From Oscillospiraceae bacterium (lineage in GTDB: Bacteria; Bacillota; Clostridia; Oscillospirales; Oscillospiraceae): DNA of 64,000 bases. Shown here in pieces: positions 53,258 through 62,484 of the stretch; position 1 is the stretch's first letter; the number at the start of each line of letters is the position of its first letter. The notes under the pieces were generated by a model, which saw only the letters and a list, made by a program, of their open reading frames with translations, had not been told where the DNA came from and ran no database searches. Position numbers and translations under genes: made by a program. The stretch lies in NCBI GenBank assembly GCA_017540565.1, contig JAFYAU010000034.1, positions 40,335 to 104,334 on the forward strand. The letters are read 5' to 3'.

Positions 53258-53347
53258 GCCCTCGCCTCCACGGTTCGAACTCCCGGATAAACACAGGTAG
53301 GGCGGGTCCTCCCCGCCCTGTTCAACGTTATGACTGACGTGCCCGCC

Positions 53348-53482
53348 TCACGCGGACAGCTTGTCTCTGCCCTTGGCGCGGCGGCGCGCGAGCACCTTGC
53401 GGCCGTTGGCGGTGGACATTCTTTTACGGAAACCGTGCTCCATGGCGCGATGACGCTTCTTCGGCTGATAAGTCCTTTTCAT
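53348..53482 (-). CDS. rpmH: 50S ribosomal protein L34
   Basis: Hand translation gives [54 protein letters not shown]. Absent from the ORF track because it has fewer than 60 codons. Confidence 0.9.
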   Translation of the reverse strand: MKRTYQPKKRHRAMEHGFRKRMSTANGRKVLARRRAKGRDKLSA

Positions 53483-53578
53483 TGTGGCACCTCCTCGGAA
53501 TTGTGGTGTTATTACTCAGCATCAGCGGCGAGGCTGTGCGCCGCTGAAGTAGTAGGCTCCCATACACATAGGGTTTGT

Positions 53579-53608
53579 ATTATACAATGAAAAAACGCGG
53601 CGTGTCAA
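53579..53608 (-). promoter_or_regulatory. candidate rpmH promoter
   Basis: Minus strand reads TTGACA (53608-53603), 18 nt spacer, TATAAT (53584-53579). Confidence 0.55.
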
Positions 53609-53686
53609 TCGTTTTTTCTCCCCGCCGCCGGTGGCTCCCGTCCTGCCCTCCCTCCCGCCGCCGGCCAAAAGCAACATGCCGTCTTC

Positions 53687-53715
53687 TTGACCGGAACGCC
53701 CGTTTATACTAAAAT
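53687..53715 (+). promoter_or_regulatory. candidate promoter of the aldo/keto reductase-ADH genes
   Basis: TTGACC (53687-53692), 17 nt spacer, TAAAAT (53710-53715). Confidence 0.45.
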
Positions 53716-53753
53716 AGCAGGCAGAGGAAAAACATATTTCAGGAGGTTGCGTT

Positions 53754-54914
53754 ATGATCTACAAACCGTACAAGGATACCGGCAAACAGCTTTCGCAGCT
53801 CGGATTCGGCTGCATGCGTCTTCCCACCACCACCGGCAACCCCGGCGACCCCATCGATTACGAAAAGGCCGGTGCGCTGATCGACTACGCCTACGAGCAC
53901 GGCGTCAACTACTTCGACTCCGCCTATGTGTATCACAACGGAGATTCCGAACACTTCATCGGCCAGGCTCTGGCCAAATACCCCAGAGACACCTGGAACC
54001 TCGTCACCAAGATGCCCATCCAGGAAGTTAAGACGAAGGAAGACCTGCCCCGCATCTTCAACGAGCAGCTGGAGCGGGCCGGCGTGGACTATTTCGACTT
54101 CTATCTCTGCCACGGCGTCATGGATCTGAACTACGACGCCTTCGCATCCGAGGAGCTGGGCTGCATCGCCTTCCTGGACAGCATGAAGAAGGAGGGCAAG
54201 ATCCGCAAGCTGGGCTTTTCCTCCCACTGCTCGCCGGCAAAGCTGGCGGCCTTCTGCGATCTGTACGACTGGGACATCGCCCAGATCCAGCTGAACTACT
54301 TCGACTGGGACTATCAGGACGCCAAACGCCAGTATGAGATCCTCACCGAGCACGGCATCCCCGTGGTCGTGATGGAGCCCTGCCGCGGCGGCCGTCTGGT
54401 CACCCTTTGCGACGAGAGCCTGTCCTTCCTGAAGGCCGCAGCCCCCGACCGCAGTCCCGCCAGCTGGTGTTTCCGCTGGCTGCAGGGCCTGCCCAACGTG
54501 CAGGTGGTCCTTTCCGGCATGACGGAGATGGACCAGGTGGTGGACAACGTCGCCACCTTCGAGACTCCCCAGCCTCTGTCAGACGAGGAATCCGCCGCGC
54601 TTACCAAGGCGATCGACGCTTTCCGCAGCAAGTTCACCGTGCCCTGCACCGGATGCCGGTACTGCAGCGGCTGTCCCAAGGGTCTGGAGATCCCGGATAT
54701 CCTCAGCGCCTACAACGACATCTGCCTGACGGACAACCCGTTCATGCGGGGTTCCACCGTCAAACGGCTGCGGGCGCGCGGCAGCGAGTGCGATCCCGCC
54801 GAATGCGTGGGCTGCGGCGCGTGCTACAGCGCCTGTCCGCAGGGCATCGACACCCCCTCCATCATGGAGAATTTCCTGAAGATCATCGACGAGATCCCCG
54901 CGATCTTCAAATAA
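53754..54914 (+). CDS. aldo/keto reductase fused to a C-terminal 4Fe-4S ferredoxin-type domain
   Basis: AKR N-terminus (LGFGCMRLP, NYFDSAYVYHNGDSE) and C-terminal Cys clusters CTGCRYCSGCP and CVGCGACYSACP. Confidence 0.85.
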   Translation: MIYKPYKDTGKQLSQLGFGCMRLPTTTGNPGDPIDYEKAGALIDYAYEHGVNYFDSAYVYHNGDSEHFIGQALAKYPRDTWNLVTKMPIQEVKTKEDLPRIFNEQLERAGVDYFDFYLCHGVMDLNYDAFASEELGCIAFLDSMKKEGKIRKLGFSSHCSPAKLAAFCDLYDWDIAQIQLNYFDWDYQDAKRQYEILTEHGIPVVVMEPCRGGRLVTLCDESLSFLKAAAPDRSPASWCFRWLQGLPNVQVVLSGMTEMDQVVDNVATFETPQPLSDEESAALTKAIDAFRSKFTVPCTGCRYCSGCPKGLEIPDILSAYNDICLTDNPFMRGSTVKRLRARGSECDPAECVGCGACYSACPQGIDTPSIMENFLKIIDEIPAIFK

Positions 54915-54966
54915 GCCCAAACAAATGAAACGCCCGCGAGAAGCGGGTTCAGGAGGTAACGTTATC

Positions 54967-56076
54967 ATGAAAATGAAAGCCGCAGTCGTCTGGGAAAAGG
55001 ACGGAGATTTCAAGCTGCAGGACGTGGAACTGGCCGAGCCTAAGGCCACTGAAGTGCTGGTCCGTGTTGTCGGCGCCGGCGTGTGCCATACGGACGCCAC
55101 CGTGCGCAACCAGATCGTGCCCATCCCCCTGCCCGCTATTCTCGGCCATGAAGGCGCAGGTATCGTGGAAAAGGTAGGCGAGTCGGTCAGGGACGTAAAG
55201 GTCGGCGACCGGGTGGTCCTCACCTTCTATACGTGCGGACACTGCTCCACCTGCCGTTCCGGCCGTCCCACCGGCTGTGAAAAGTACGGCCCCGTAAACT
55301 TCAGCGGTCTGCACAGCGATTTCACGCCCCGCCACAGCATCGACGGCAGACCCGTCTCCTCTTTCTTCGCACAGAGTTCCTTTGCGGAGTATGCCGTGGT
55401 GGATGAAAACGCCTGCGTCGTCATCAACGATGAGGATGTGGACATCGGCCTGCTCGGCCCTCTCGGCTGCGGTCTCATGACCGGCGCAGGCGCGGTGGCC
55501 AACTGTCTGAAACCCGAAGTGGGCAGTTCCATCGTGGTGTTCGGCTGCGGCGGCGTCGGCCTTGCCGCCGTGATGATGGCAAAGGTCGTCGGCTGCAGCA
55601 CCATCATCGGAGTCGATGCGGTGGAAAGCCGTCTGGAGATGGCGAAGGAGCTCGGGTGCACCCATGTGATCAACGGCAAAGAGGTCGAGGATATCGCCGG
55701 ACAGATCATGGAGATCACCGGCGGCGGAGCTGACTACAGTCTGGACACCTCCGCGGCTATCCCGCTGATGACCGCCGCCATCAACTGCCTGCGCGTCTAC
55801 GGCACCGCAGCCGTCGTCGGCACCAGCGGCGACAAGGTCGTGCCGGTCGTGATGCAGGATATGATCATGGGCCGCGGCCGCACGCTGAAGGGCTGCATCG
55901 AGGGCGATGCTGACCCGAAAACCTTTATCCCCACGCTGGTCAGCCTGTACAAACAGGGCCGCTTCCCCTTCGACAGGCTCATCGTCGAGTATCCCTTCGA
56001 TCAGATCGGCCAGGCGTTCGAGGATTCGAAGAACGGAAAGACGATCAAGCCCGTTCTCCGCATGTCCAAGGCTTAA
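54967..56076 (+). CDS. zinc-dependent alcohol dehydrogenase (aryl-alcohol dehydrogenase-like)
   Basis: GVCHTD, GHEGAGIVEKVG, structural zinc CGHCSTCRSGRPTGC, and Rossmann motif VFGCGGVGL. AGGAGG RBS before ATG 54967. Confidence 0.9.
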   Translation: MKMKAAVVWEKDGDFKLQDVELAEPKATEVLVRVVGAGVCHTDATVRNQIVPIPLPAILGHEGAGIVEKVGESVRDVKVGDRVVLTFYTCGHCSTCRSGRPTGCEKYGPVNFSGLHSDFTPRHSIDGRPVSSFFAQSSFAEYAVVDENACVVINDEDVDIGLLGPLGCGLMTGAGAVANCLKPEVGSSIVVFGCGGVGLAAVMMAKVVGCSTIIGVDAVESRLEMAKELGCTHVINGKEVEDIAGQIMEITGGGADYSLDTSAAIPLMTAAINCLRVYGTAAVVGTSGDKVVPVVMQDMIMGRGRTLKGCIEGDADPKTFIPTLVSLYKQGRFPFDRLIVEYPFDQIGQAFEDSKNGKTIKPVLRMSKA

Positions 56077-56149
56077 TTTAGAAAATTAGGCTTGACCAAC
56101 TGCTTTTTCCCGTGTTTTAATGAGCGAAACTCATTGCACTGCACGGAAA

Positions 56150-56262
56150 CTACAGTACAAGCTGAGCAGGCGGCGGAGCTTCGTCTCCGCGTGGCCGGGC
56201 CTTTTGGCAGCAGGTTCCTACACCTGCGGGACAGGGTTCTGTTCCGCAGGTGTATTATTATC
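56150..56262 (+). promoter_or_regulatory. structured 5' leader with an intrinsic terminator upstream of the CDF gene; candidate metal-sensing (czcD/NiCo-class) riboswitch
   Basis: Hairpin GCGGAG-CUUCGU-CUCCGC at 56173-56190. A 15-bp terminator stem (56221-56235 / 56239-56253, one G-U) is followed by AUUAUUAUCUUC. CCUGC of the terminator's 5' arm (56223-56227) can instead pair with GCAGG at 56166-56170. The class assignment comes from gene context and remembered consensus only. Confidence 0.45.
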
Positions 56263-56280
56263 TTCAGGAGGTCCTGCCCC

Positions 56281-57195
56281 ATGAACAAGACGGATACCGC
56301 CGTTGCCGTCAGAGTCTCCCGCAACACGCTGTTTGGGAACCTCGGCCTGTCCGCCGGCAAGCTGATCGTAGGTCTGCTTGCCCATTCCGGAGCGCTAGTC
56401 TCCGATGCCGTACACTCTCTGTCCGACGTGCTTGCCGCCGTGATCGTCATCTTCAGCGTCCGTCTGGCGGGCAAGAAGGCAGACCGCGAACACCCCTACG
56501 GCCACGAACGCCTGGAGTGCGTATGCGGCGTCATTCTCTCTGTCATCCTGCTGATCACCGGCCTTCTGATCGGCTACCGGGCCATCGAGACCATCCGGGC
56601 CGGCGGCACCGTCGAGATCCCGGGTCTGGCGGCTCTCATCGCCGCGATCGTCTCCATCGTCGTCAAGGAGCTGATGTATCACTATACCGCCGGCGCGGCC
56701 AAACGCATCCGGTCCACCGCTCTGAAAGCGGAGGCCTGGCATCACCGGAGCGACGCCCTGTCCTCCGTCGGCAGTTTTGCCGGCATTCTGGGCGCCAGGC
56801 TCGGCCTTCCCTGGGCCGATGCCGCCGCCAGCCTCATCATCTGTCTGTTTATCGTAAAGGTCGCCGTGGACATCTTCCGCGAATCCGTCACAGGCGTGCT
56901 CGACACCGCCTGTGACGAGCCCACGCAGACCAGAATGCGCGAGGTGATCCTCTCCCAGCCGGGCGTTATGGCCGTAGACCTGCTGAACACCCGCCTGTTC
57001 GGAAACCGCATGTTCGTGGACGTCGAGATCAGCGCTGACGGCTCCCAGTCCCTGGAGAGCGCCCATCACATCGCGGAGAACGTGCATGACGCCATCGAGC
57101 AGAATTTCGGCACCGTGAAGCACTGCATGGTCCACGTAAACCCATTCTCCCCGGAGCAGGACGGTGAAAAGACGGAGGATCCCCCTTCCGACTGA
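56281..57195 (+). CDS. cation diffusion facilitator (CDF) family metal efflux transporter
   Basis: Blocks SDAVHSLSDVLA, HPYGHERLE and WHHRSDALSS, six TM segments, and a C-terminal cytoplasmic domain. AGGAGG RBS. Confidence 0.9.
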   Translation: MNKTDTAVAVRVSRNTLFGNLGLSAGKLIVGLLAHSGALVSDAVHSLSDVLAAVIVIFSVRLAGKKADREHPYGHERLECVCGVILSVILLITGLLIGYRAIETIRAGGTVEIPGLAALIAAIVSIVVKELMYHYTAGAAKRIRSTALKAEAWHHRSDALSSVGSFAGILGARLGLPWADAAASLIICLFIVKVAVDIFRESVTGVLDTACDEPTQTRMREVILSQPGVMAVDLLNTRLFGNRMFVDVEISADGSQSLESAHHIAENVHDAIEQNFGTVKHCMVHVNPFSPEQDGEKTEDPPSD

Positions 57196-57235
57196 CGGCC
57201 GTGCTTCCCGCAGTACCCCTTCCCTGACACCGAAA

Positions 57236-57270
57236 AGGAGGCCCTTCCCGAAACATGGGAAGGGCCTCCT
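57236..57270. terminator. bidirectional intrinsic terminator between convergent genes
   Basis: A 14-bp stem AGGAGGCCCTTCCC/GGGAAGGGCCTCCT with a 7-nt loop, flanked by AAAA and TCTT. Confidence 0.8.
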
Positions 57271-57294
57271 TCTTGTCAATGAATCGCTTCTGTC

Positions 57295-58362
57295 TTATCC
57301 AATCCTATCAAATGCCGTAGGGAAGGAAAGGGGGTCTGTCAGCGGCATCGTACCGCCTGTCCACGTCATCACGTCGTTCTCCAGCGTATACTCCACGGTG
57401 CCGTTGTAGGAAAGGCTGCCGCCTGCACTTCCATCAAGGAACAATACGCCATCCTCGATTTTCCAGGTTCCGGTCTCCTGCACAGCCGCGTTTGCGACGC
57501 TGCTGCCCATCACGGTCCCGTAGTAGGTGCCGAGTTCTTCTCTGGACATACTGAAGACCGCCTGGAAAAAGTCGTCCTCGTTCGTCAGTCCGCTCATATC
57601 CTCCCAGCTCTTCGGGAGTTCCTCGAGCAGTCCATCCTTAACGAACTCCTCCCCCAGCACCGCGACCGCCAGATCACTCAGGTATTCCGAGATGGCCTGT
57701 CCCATCTTCTCGTTTTCCTCCTGCATCACGTCGGCATCGGCTTCAAGTACGTAGATACCGTCGTCATTCACGGTAAATCTCAATCCGATGATATAACTGT
57801 CAAGATAGTCGGAGAAGGAAAGGCCGTATCCGGCAAATTCCTGCTGAGACAGGGCCGACTGGACGACCTGAGCCATCATAGGGCCCGCTTCGACCCTGTG
57901 CAGCCAGACACCCACGAGTTCCTGCCGGGCAGCCTCGAGCCGCGCTTCCTCCAGCGCCTGCTCCAGCTTCGCGCGGGCTTCCTCCAGCACGCCGGCATTG
58001 GAAACGGTGCTGCGCTGCTCTTCCGTCAAGGCATCATATGCCGCTTCCGCTTCTGCGATCGCGGACTCGCTTTCCGCCGTCACCTCGCCTATGGCGCCGA
58101 TCAGCTTTTCCGCCAGCGCCACGTCCAGCGCATCCCGGGCGTCCGTCAGTTTCTGCGCGTTTTCCACCTGCGCACGTTCCTTCTCCTCCAGTGCCAGAAG
58201 CGCTTCCTCTGCGGCCTTCACGGCGGTCTCGCTCTCCGCAGACACCTCTCCGATGGCGTCGATCAGCGCCTCCGTCGCTTTGGTGGCCCTGCTCTTGCAG
58301 CCGGCCAGCGCAACAAGCAGGACCAGGCACAGGGCGATTGCAAGCACTCTTCTCATTTTCAT
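57295..58362 (-). CDS. lipoprotein with repeated helical LIxAIGEV(S/T)AESE modules (function unknown)
   Basis: Signal peptide plus lipobox LAGCKS. Two internal repeats (ALIDAIGEVSAESETAV.., KLIGAIGEVTAESESAI..). AGGAGG before ATG 58362. Confidence 0.75.
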   Translation of the reverse strand: MKMRRVLAIALCLVLLVALAGCKSRATKATEALIDAIGEVSAESETAVKAAEEALLALEEKERAQVENAQKLTDARDALDVALAEKLIGAIGEVTAESESAIAEAEAAYDALTEEQRSTVSNAGVLEEARAKLEQALEEARLEAARQELVGVWLHRVEAGPMMAQVVQSALSQQEFAGYGLSFSDYLDSYIIGLRFTVNDDGIYVLEADADVMQEENEKMGQAISEYLSDLAVAVLGEEFVKDGLLEELPKSWEDMSGLTNEDDFFQAVFSMSREELGTYYGTVMGSSVANAAVQETGTWKIEDGVLFLDGSAGGSLSYNGTVEYTLENDVMTWTGGTMPLTDPLSFPTAFDRIG

Positions 58363-58506
58363 GGCGATCCTCCTTCGTATCACGGCATTTCTTTTCATAT
58401 ATTCATTGTATGGACCCCTTACAGCATTGTCAAGGATGCCCCGGGACGCAGACAGGCTCCCGGCGCATAGAAAACGCAGGGAGCCCAAAAAACTATATGC
58501 TATGTT

Positions 58507-59565
58507 TCAGCCCATTCTCTCGAAAGCAAGCGGGTAGCTGAGGAGATCCGTCGGAAGGACGAATGTTCCCTCGGACCATGTCATGACATCGCCGCCGATG
58601 GTATACGTCACGGCGCTGTCCTCGCTGAGGGCATCTCCTCCCTTGTTCAGCAGGATCTTCCCATCCTCTACCTGGTACTTGCCCGCAGCGCTGATCGCCG
58701 ACGTGGCCGTATTGATCTGGAGCATCTCGATGAACGTGTTTGCGTAATCCTCCTTGCTCATGCTGTAGGCGAGCTGGAAGAAATCATCCTCGCCCATGCC
58801 CAGGATCTCGCCGAGTTCGTCCCAGTTGGCCGGAGCTTTCTCAGCAAGTCCCTGGTTGACGCATTCCTGTGCGGCGGATCTCATCACCAGTTCCCGCAGG
58901 AAGCCCAGAGAGGCATCGTACAGTCTCTGGTTCTCCTCCTCCAGTTCGTCCATCGATCCGAGGATTGAGTAGCTGCCGTCGTCCTTCATCGTAAGATCCA
59001 CCGCCACGAAGTAGTCGGTCAGATAGTCGTACATGGAGAGGTTATACTCGGAGGCCTCGTTCGTGAGCAGTTCGCAGAGCAGGGGGCCGAGGTTCAGTTT
59101 GTATCTCCAGGTTCCGACAACGGCCTGCTTCAGTGCCTCGATCCTGGCTTCCTCCAGCGCCTCATCCAGTTTAGCGCGGGCTTCCGTCAGGACGCCGGCG
59201 TTGGATACGGCACTGCGCTGTGCATCCGTCAGGGCGGCCAGGGCGCTCTCCGCCGCCGTCACTGCCGCTTCGCTCTCCGCGGTGACCTCGCCGATCGCGT
59301 CGATCAGCTTTTCCGTCTTCCTGATCTCCAGGGTGTTCCGGGCCTCTTCCAGAGCAGCAGAGTTCTCCACCGCAGCGCGGTCCTTCTCCCCCAGTGCCTT
59401 GAAGGCTTCTTCCGCCGCCGTCACGGCCGCTTCGCTTTCAGCAGTGACCTCGCCGATCGCGTCGATCAGTGCCTCGGTGGCCTTTGCGGCGCTGCTTTTG
59501 CAGGCGGTCAGCCCCAGCGCCATGACGAGGCAAAGAACGATGGCCAGGATCTTTCTCATTTTCAT
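58507..59565 (-). CDS. paralogous lipoprotein (tandem copy)
   Basis: Lipobox LTACKS, the same repeat modules, and a colinear C-terminal domain ending F(E/D)R(M/I)G. GGAGG before ATG 59565. Confidence 0.75.
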   Translation of the reverse strand: MKMRKILAIVLCLVMALGLTACKSSAAKATEALIDAIGEVTAESEAAVTAAEEAFKALGEKDRAAVENSAALEEARNTLEIRKTEKLIDAIGEVTAESEAAVTAAESALAALTDAQRSAVSNAGVLTEARAKLDEALEEARIEALKQAVVGTWRYKLNLGPLLCELLTNEASEYNLSMYDYLTDYFVAVDLTMKDDGSYSILGSMDELEEENQRLYDASLGFLRELVMRSAAQECVNQGLAEKAPANWDELGEILGMGEDDFFQLAYSMSKEDYANTFIEMLQINTATSAISAAGKYQVEDGKILLNKGGDALSEDSAVTYTIGGDVMTWSEGTFVLPTDLLSYPLAFERMG

Positions 59566-59666
59566 AGCAGTTTCCTCCATATGCGCATGAATTGGTTGTA
59601 TGGCTGCATTCATTCTATGTGCCGCCAGGCGAATTGTCAACCTCGGCAGGCGCTTCGCCGGCGGAA

Positions 59667-60815
59667 CTATTCCGCCAGGCATACTGCAGTATCCCCGTAC
59701 TGCCGCAGGATCGCAAACATGGCAAATACGAACACGGCCGTCAGAGCGATGTTGACCGTCATCTCGCCGCGCAGCAGGATCATCAGCAGGATAAAGGCCG
59801 CTCCGGCAGTGCCGGCTTTCACACAGAGCCGGCCGTATCTGCGGCATCTCGTCATCGCGTGACTCCTTCCGACGGCAAACAGGATGCAGAAATAGAGCAC
59901 GAACGACCCGATCAGAAACAGTACCTTCGGCAGCAGGTCGACCTCATCCTCCCGCATGAACTGCAGCCCGTTGGTGATGTTGTTCATGGCAAAAACGAGA
60001 AAGATGTGCAGAAGCATGTAAGCGAGCCCGCTGGTTTTATTCTCCCGGTCGATGATGCGGTCATAAAAGACGCCGTAGCTCAGGAACAGGCCGACCACGA
60101 TCAGAAAGGCCATCAGCGCGAAATAGGTGCTCCGAAGCGAGAATTCGCCCTCGAAATACGAAACGACGGCGATGATCATCTCCCCGAAGGTGAAAACCAC
60201 GTAGAGCATCGCCCGCTCGGAAAGATGGGGAAAATCCACCAGGCTCCCGCTTCCTCGCTGCCCGACAAGAAGAACGGCCCCCATGCCGAACAGGACCGCC
60301 GCGAGGGACACCCACGTCGTATGCGTCAGGCGGAACACCGGAATCGCGGCCAGGATGACAGCCGCCTCGACAAACAGGATCGTCATCATCCTCACAGTCT
60401 GCTTTCTCGGCGCTCCTGCCCTGCGCTGGACTCTCCATTCGATCAGGTACTGGACTCCTATATTCACGAGGATCAGCGCCCACGCGATATGGTACTGCGC
60501 GTGATATCCCTGCCAGTCCGACCGCGTCCCCTCCCCGACAAAATACAGAAGGAACATATTGACGAACAGGAACACGTGCTCCCGCACGCTGCGTTTCCCG
60601 TATATGTTGATGTAATAGGTGGAGTAGTTCCATATCTGGATGACGGCCAGCGTCGTCATGACATACGCCAGAAATGCCTCCCCCGCCACGAAGCCGCCGG
60701 AAAACACACGCAGCAGCGCGTTGTTGCGTCCGATGACGTATACGAAGATCAGGTCGTAGATCAGTTCGATGTACTCGACCTTCTTTTCTCTGTTTTCAGA
60801 AAGCTCCCTTTTCAT
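59667..60815 (-). CDS. LtrA (low temperature requirement A)-family membrane protein
   Basis: N-terminal VEYIELIYDLIFVYVI motif and about 10 TM segments. Confidence 0.8.
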   Translation of the reverse strand: MKRELSENREKKVEYIELIYDLIFVYVIGRNNALLRVFSGGFVAGEAFLAYVMTTLAVIQIWNYSTYYINIYGKRSVREHVFLFVNMFLLYFVGEGTRSDWQGYHAQYHIAWALILVNIGVQYLIEWRVQRRAGAPRKQTVRMMTILFVEAAVILAAIPVFRLTHTTWVSLAAVLFGMGAVLLVGQRGSGSLVDFPHLSERAMLYVVFTFGEMIIAVVSYFEGEFSLRSTYFALMAFLIVVGLFLSYGVFYDRIIDRENKTSGLAYMLLHIFLVFAMNNITNGLQFMREDEVDLLPKVLFLIGSFVLYFCILFAVGRSHAMTRCRRYGRLCVKAGTAGAAFILLMILLRGEMTVNIALTAVFVFAMFAILRQYGDTAVCLAE

Positions 60816-60864
60816 AGGCTTCTCCTCAGGCGGGCTCTTCGCCGTCTCCGCGTCTTCCCCGCGG

Positions 60865-61635
60865 TCATCCGTCCCCCAGTTCGATGGAAAAATACTGTTT
60901 CAGGATGTCCCGCAGCATGGCTTCGTCCGTGATCTTCCGCTCTTCCATCTGCCCTCTGCTGCGGATCCTGAATATGTCCGCATCGATGGAGTATGCGCCG
61001 TCGGCCGTCGTGAGGTTCACCACCGGATCCGGGCGGTCGGCCGCGGCCGGTCCCACGGCGCAGTAGTAGTTGAGCGGGATGAAATCCACGGGGTCGAAGT
61101 AGCTGTCGACATAGGAGATCACCGCGACGTCCTCGCCGTCCTTTACCCTGCGCACCTCCCGCTCGTGACCCCGCACGGATATATACGCTCCGTCTCCGGA
61201 TCTGGAGCCGTATGGTACGGCGCACAGGCCTGCCATACCGCTGGCACCGACATCGGCGAAGTACTTCTCCCCGCCGATCGTCACGATCGAGGCGCGGTGC
61301 CCCACGGGCAGCTGCCCGAGCCCCAGCCACATCCGGTAGGCCACCGGATAGACGTCGTAGCCCAGCTCCTGAAGAAGCGCGTAGAACAGGCCGTTGAGTT
61401 CAAAGCAGTAACCGCCCCGGCCGTGCGTGACGATCTTGTCGAACAGTGCCGGAACCGTCAGATCCGGACATTTCTTTTCAATGCAGTATGAGAGATTCTC
61501 GTAGGGAACGTGCGTGAGATGTGCATAAATCAGCCGGTCCAGATTCTCCCTCGTCGGGGCGGGCGTCTCCCCGATGCCCAGCCTCCGCAGATAGGCCTGC
61601 AGATCCGGCAGTCTGTCGTGTACTCCTTCAAACAT
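60865..61635 (-). CDS. arylamine N-acetyltransferase
   Basis: HVPYENL block and catalytic-Cys block GRGGYCFELNGLF. GGAGG before ATG 61635. Confidence 0.85.
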   Translation of the reverse strand: MFEGVHDRLPDLQAYLRRLGIGETPAPTRENLDRLIYAHLTHVPYENLSYCIEKKCPDLTVPALFDKIVTHGRGGYCFELNGLFYALLQELGYDVYPVAYRMWLGLGQLPVGHRASIVTIGGEKYFADVGASGMAGLCAVPYGSRSGDGAYISVRGHEREVRRVKDGEDVAVISYVDSYFDPVDFIPLNYYCAVGPAAADRPDPVVNLTTADGAYSIDADIFRIRSRGQMEERKITDEAMLRDILKQYFSIELGDG

Positions 61636-61656
61636 TGATGTCCTCCCCACGCCGCT

Positions 61657-62484
61657 TCATTCCTCCGGCTCCGTCCGTGTCAAGTGCTTTTCCGCTGCCT
61701 TTATGAGTTTCTTCTTCGCTTCCCTCGCGTTCCGCGTCCAGAACAGCGCATCGAAAGCGTGGGTCTTTCCGTGGAACACGTCCGCATGCGCTTCTACCCC
61801 CGCCTCGTTCAGCTTCCGCACATACGCCAGCGTTTCGTCATAAAAGGGCTCCCCGTCCTCCACGTAAGTGTAGCAGGGCGGCAGGCGGCTGAGATCCTCC
61901 GCGCGGGCCGGGCTCGCGTAGGGCGGCACGCCGGCCGTGCCGTACAGCCCGCCGAGATACTTGCTCCATCCCCAGTGATTCCGCTTCGTGTTCCAGACAT
62001 GCCCGTGATTGTCCCGGGAGGAATCCGTATCCTCGCAGTCGAGCATCGGATACAGCGGGATCTGGAAGGCTATGGGGATCTCTCCCCTGTCCCTGGCGTA
62101 GAGGCACAGGGCTGCCGCCAGTCCCCCGCCGGCGCTTTCGCCGCCGACGACGATCCTTTTCCGGTCGATGCCGAGTTCGCCGGCGCTTTCGTACATGTAC
62201 TTCAAGGCCGCCCAACAATCCTCCAGAGCTGCGGGATACGGAGCCTGTCCGGCCAGCCGGTATTCCGGAGAAACTACCGTGCCGCAGAATCTTCTGGCCA
62301 GTATCCTTCCCATGGAGGCGTATACCATTCCCGCTGTCCCCAGTGCGTACCCGCCGCCGTGGATCCAGAGGATTCCGGGCCCCCGGCCATACCGGAGAAC
62401 GATGAGTTTCAGCTTTCCGCCGGGTCCGTCGATGCCCGTTTTCACTTTCCTGATCCCCCGTTCTCTCCGTTTGAGGGGCCTCAT
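61657..62484 (-). CDS. alpha/beta hydrolase (HSL/esterase-like)
   Basis: Oxyanion motif HGGGY and nucleophile elbow GESAGG. Its ATG overlaps the upstream gene's stop (ATGA at 62481-62484). Confidence 0.85.
   Translation of the reverse strand: MRPLKRRERGIRKVKTGIDGPGGKLKLIVLRYGRGPGILWIHGGGYALGTAGMVYASMGRILARRFCGTVVSPEYRLAGQAPYPAALEDCWAALKYMYESAGELGIDRKRIVVGGESAGGGLAAALCLYARDRGEIPIAFQIPLYPMLDCEDTDSSRDNHGHVWNTKRNHWGWSKYLGGLYGTAGVPPYASPARAEDLSRLPPCYTYVEDGEPFYDETLAYVRKLNEAGVEAHADVFHGKTHAFDALFWTRNAREAKKKLIKAAEKHLTRTEPEE

Noticed and set aside
53258-53347. tRNA-like GGTTCGAACTCC string between rpmH and rnpA
   Set aside because: The flanking bases do not form a T-arm stem or any cloverleaf on either strand. 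The region contains only a short GC hairpin.
53483-53753. oriC / DnaA-box cluster next to rpmH
   Set aside because: I found no TTATCCACA-like 9-mers or AT-rich unwinding element by eye; only two divergent promoters are present.
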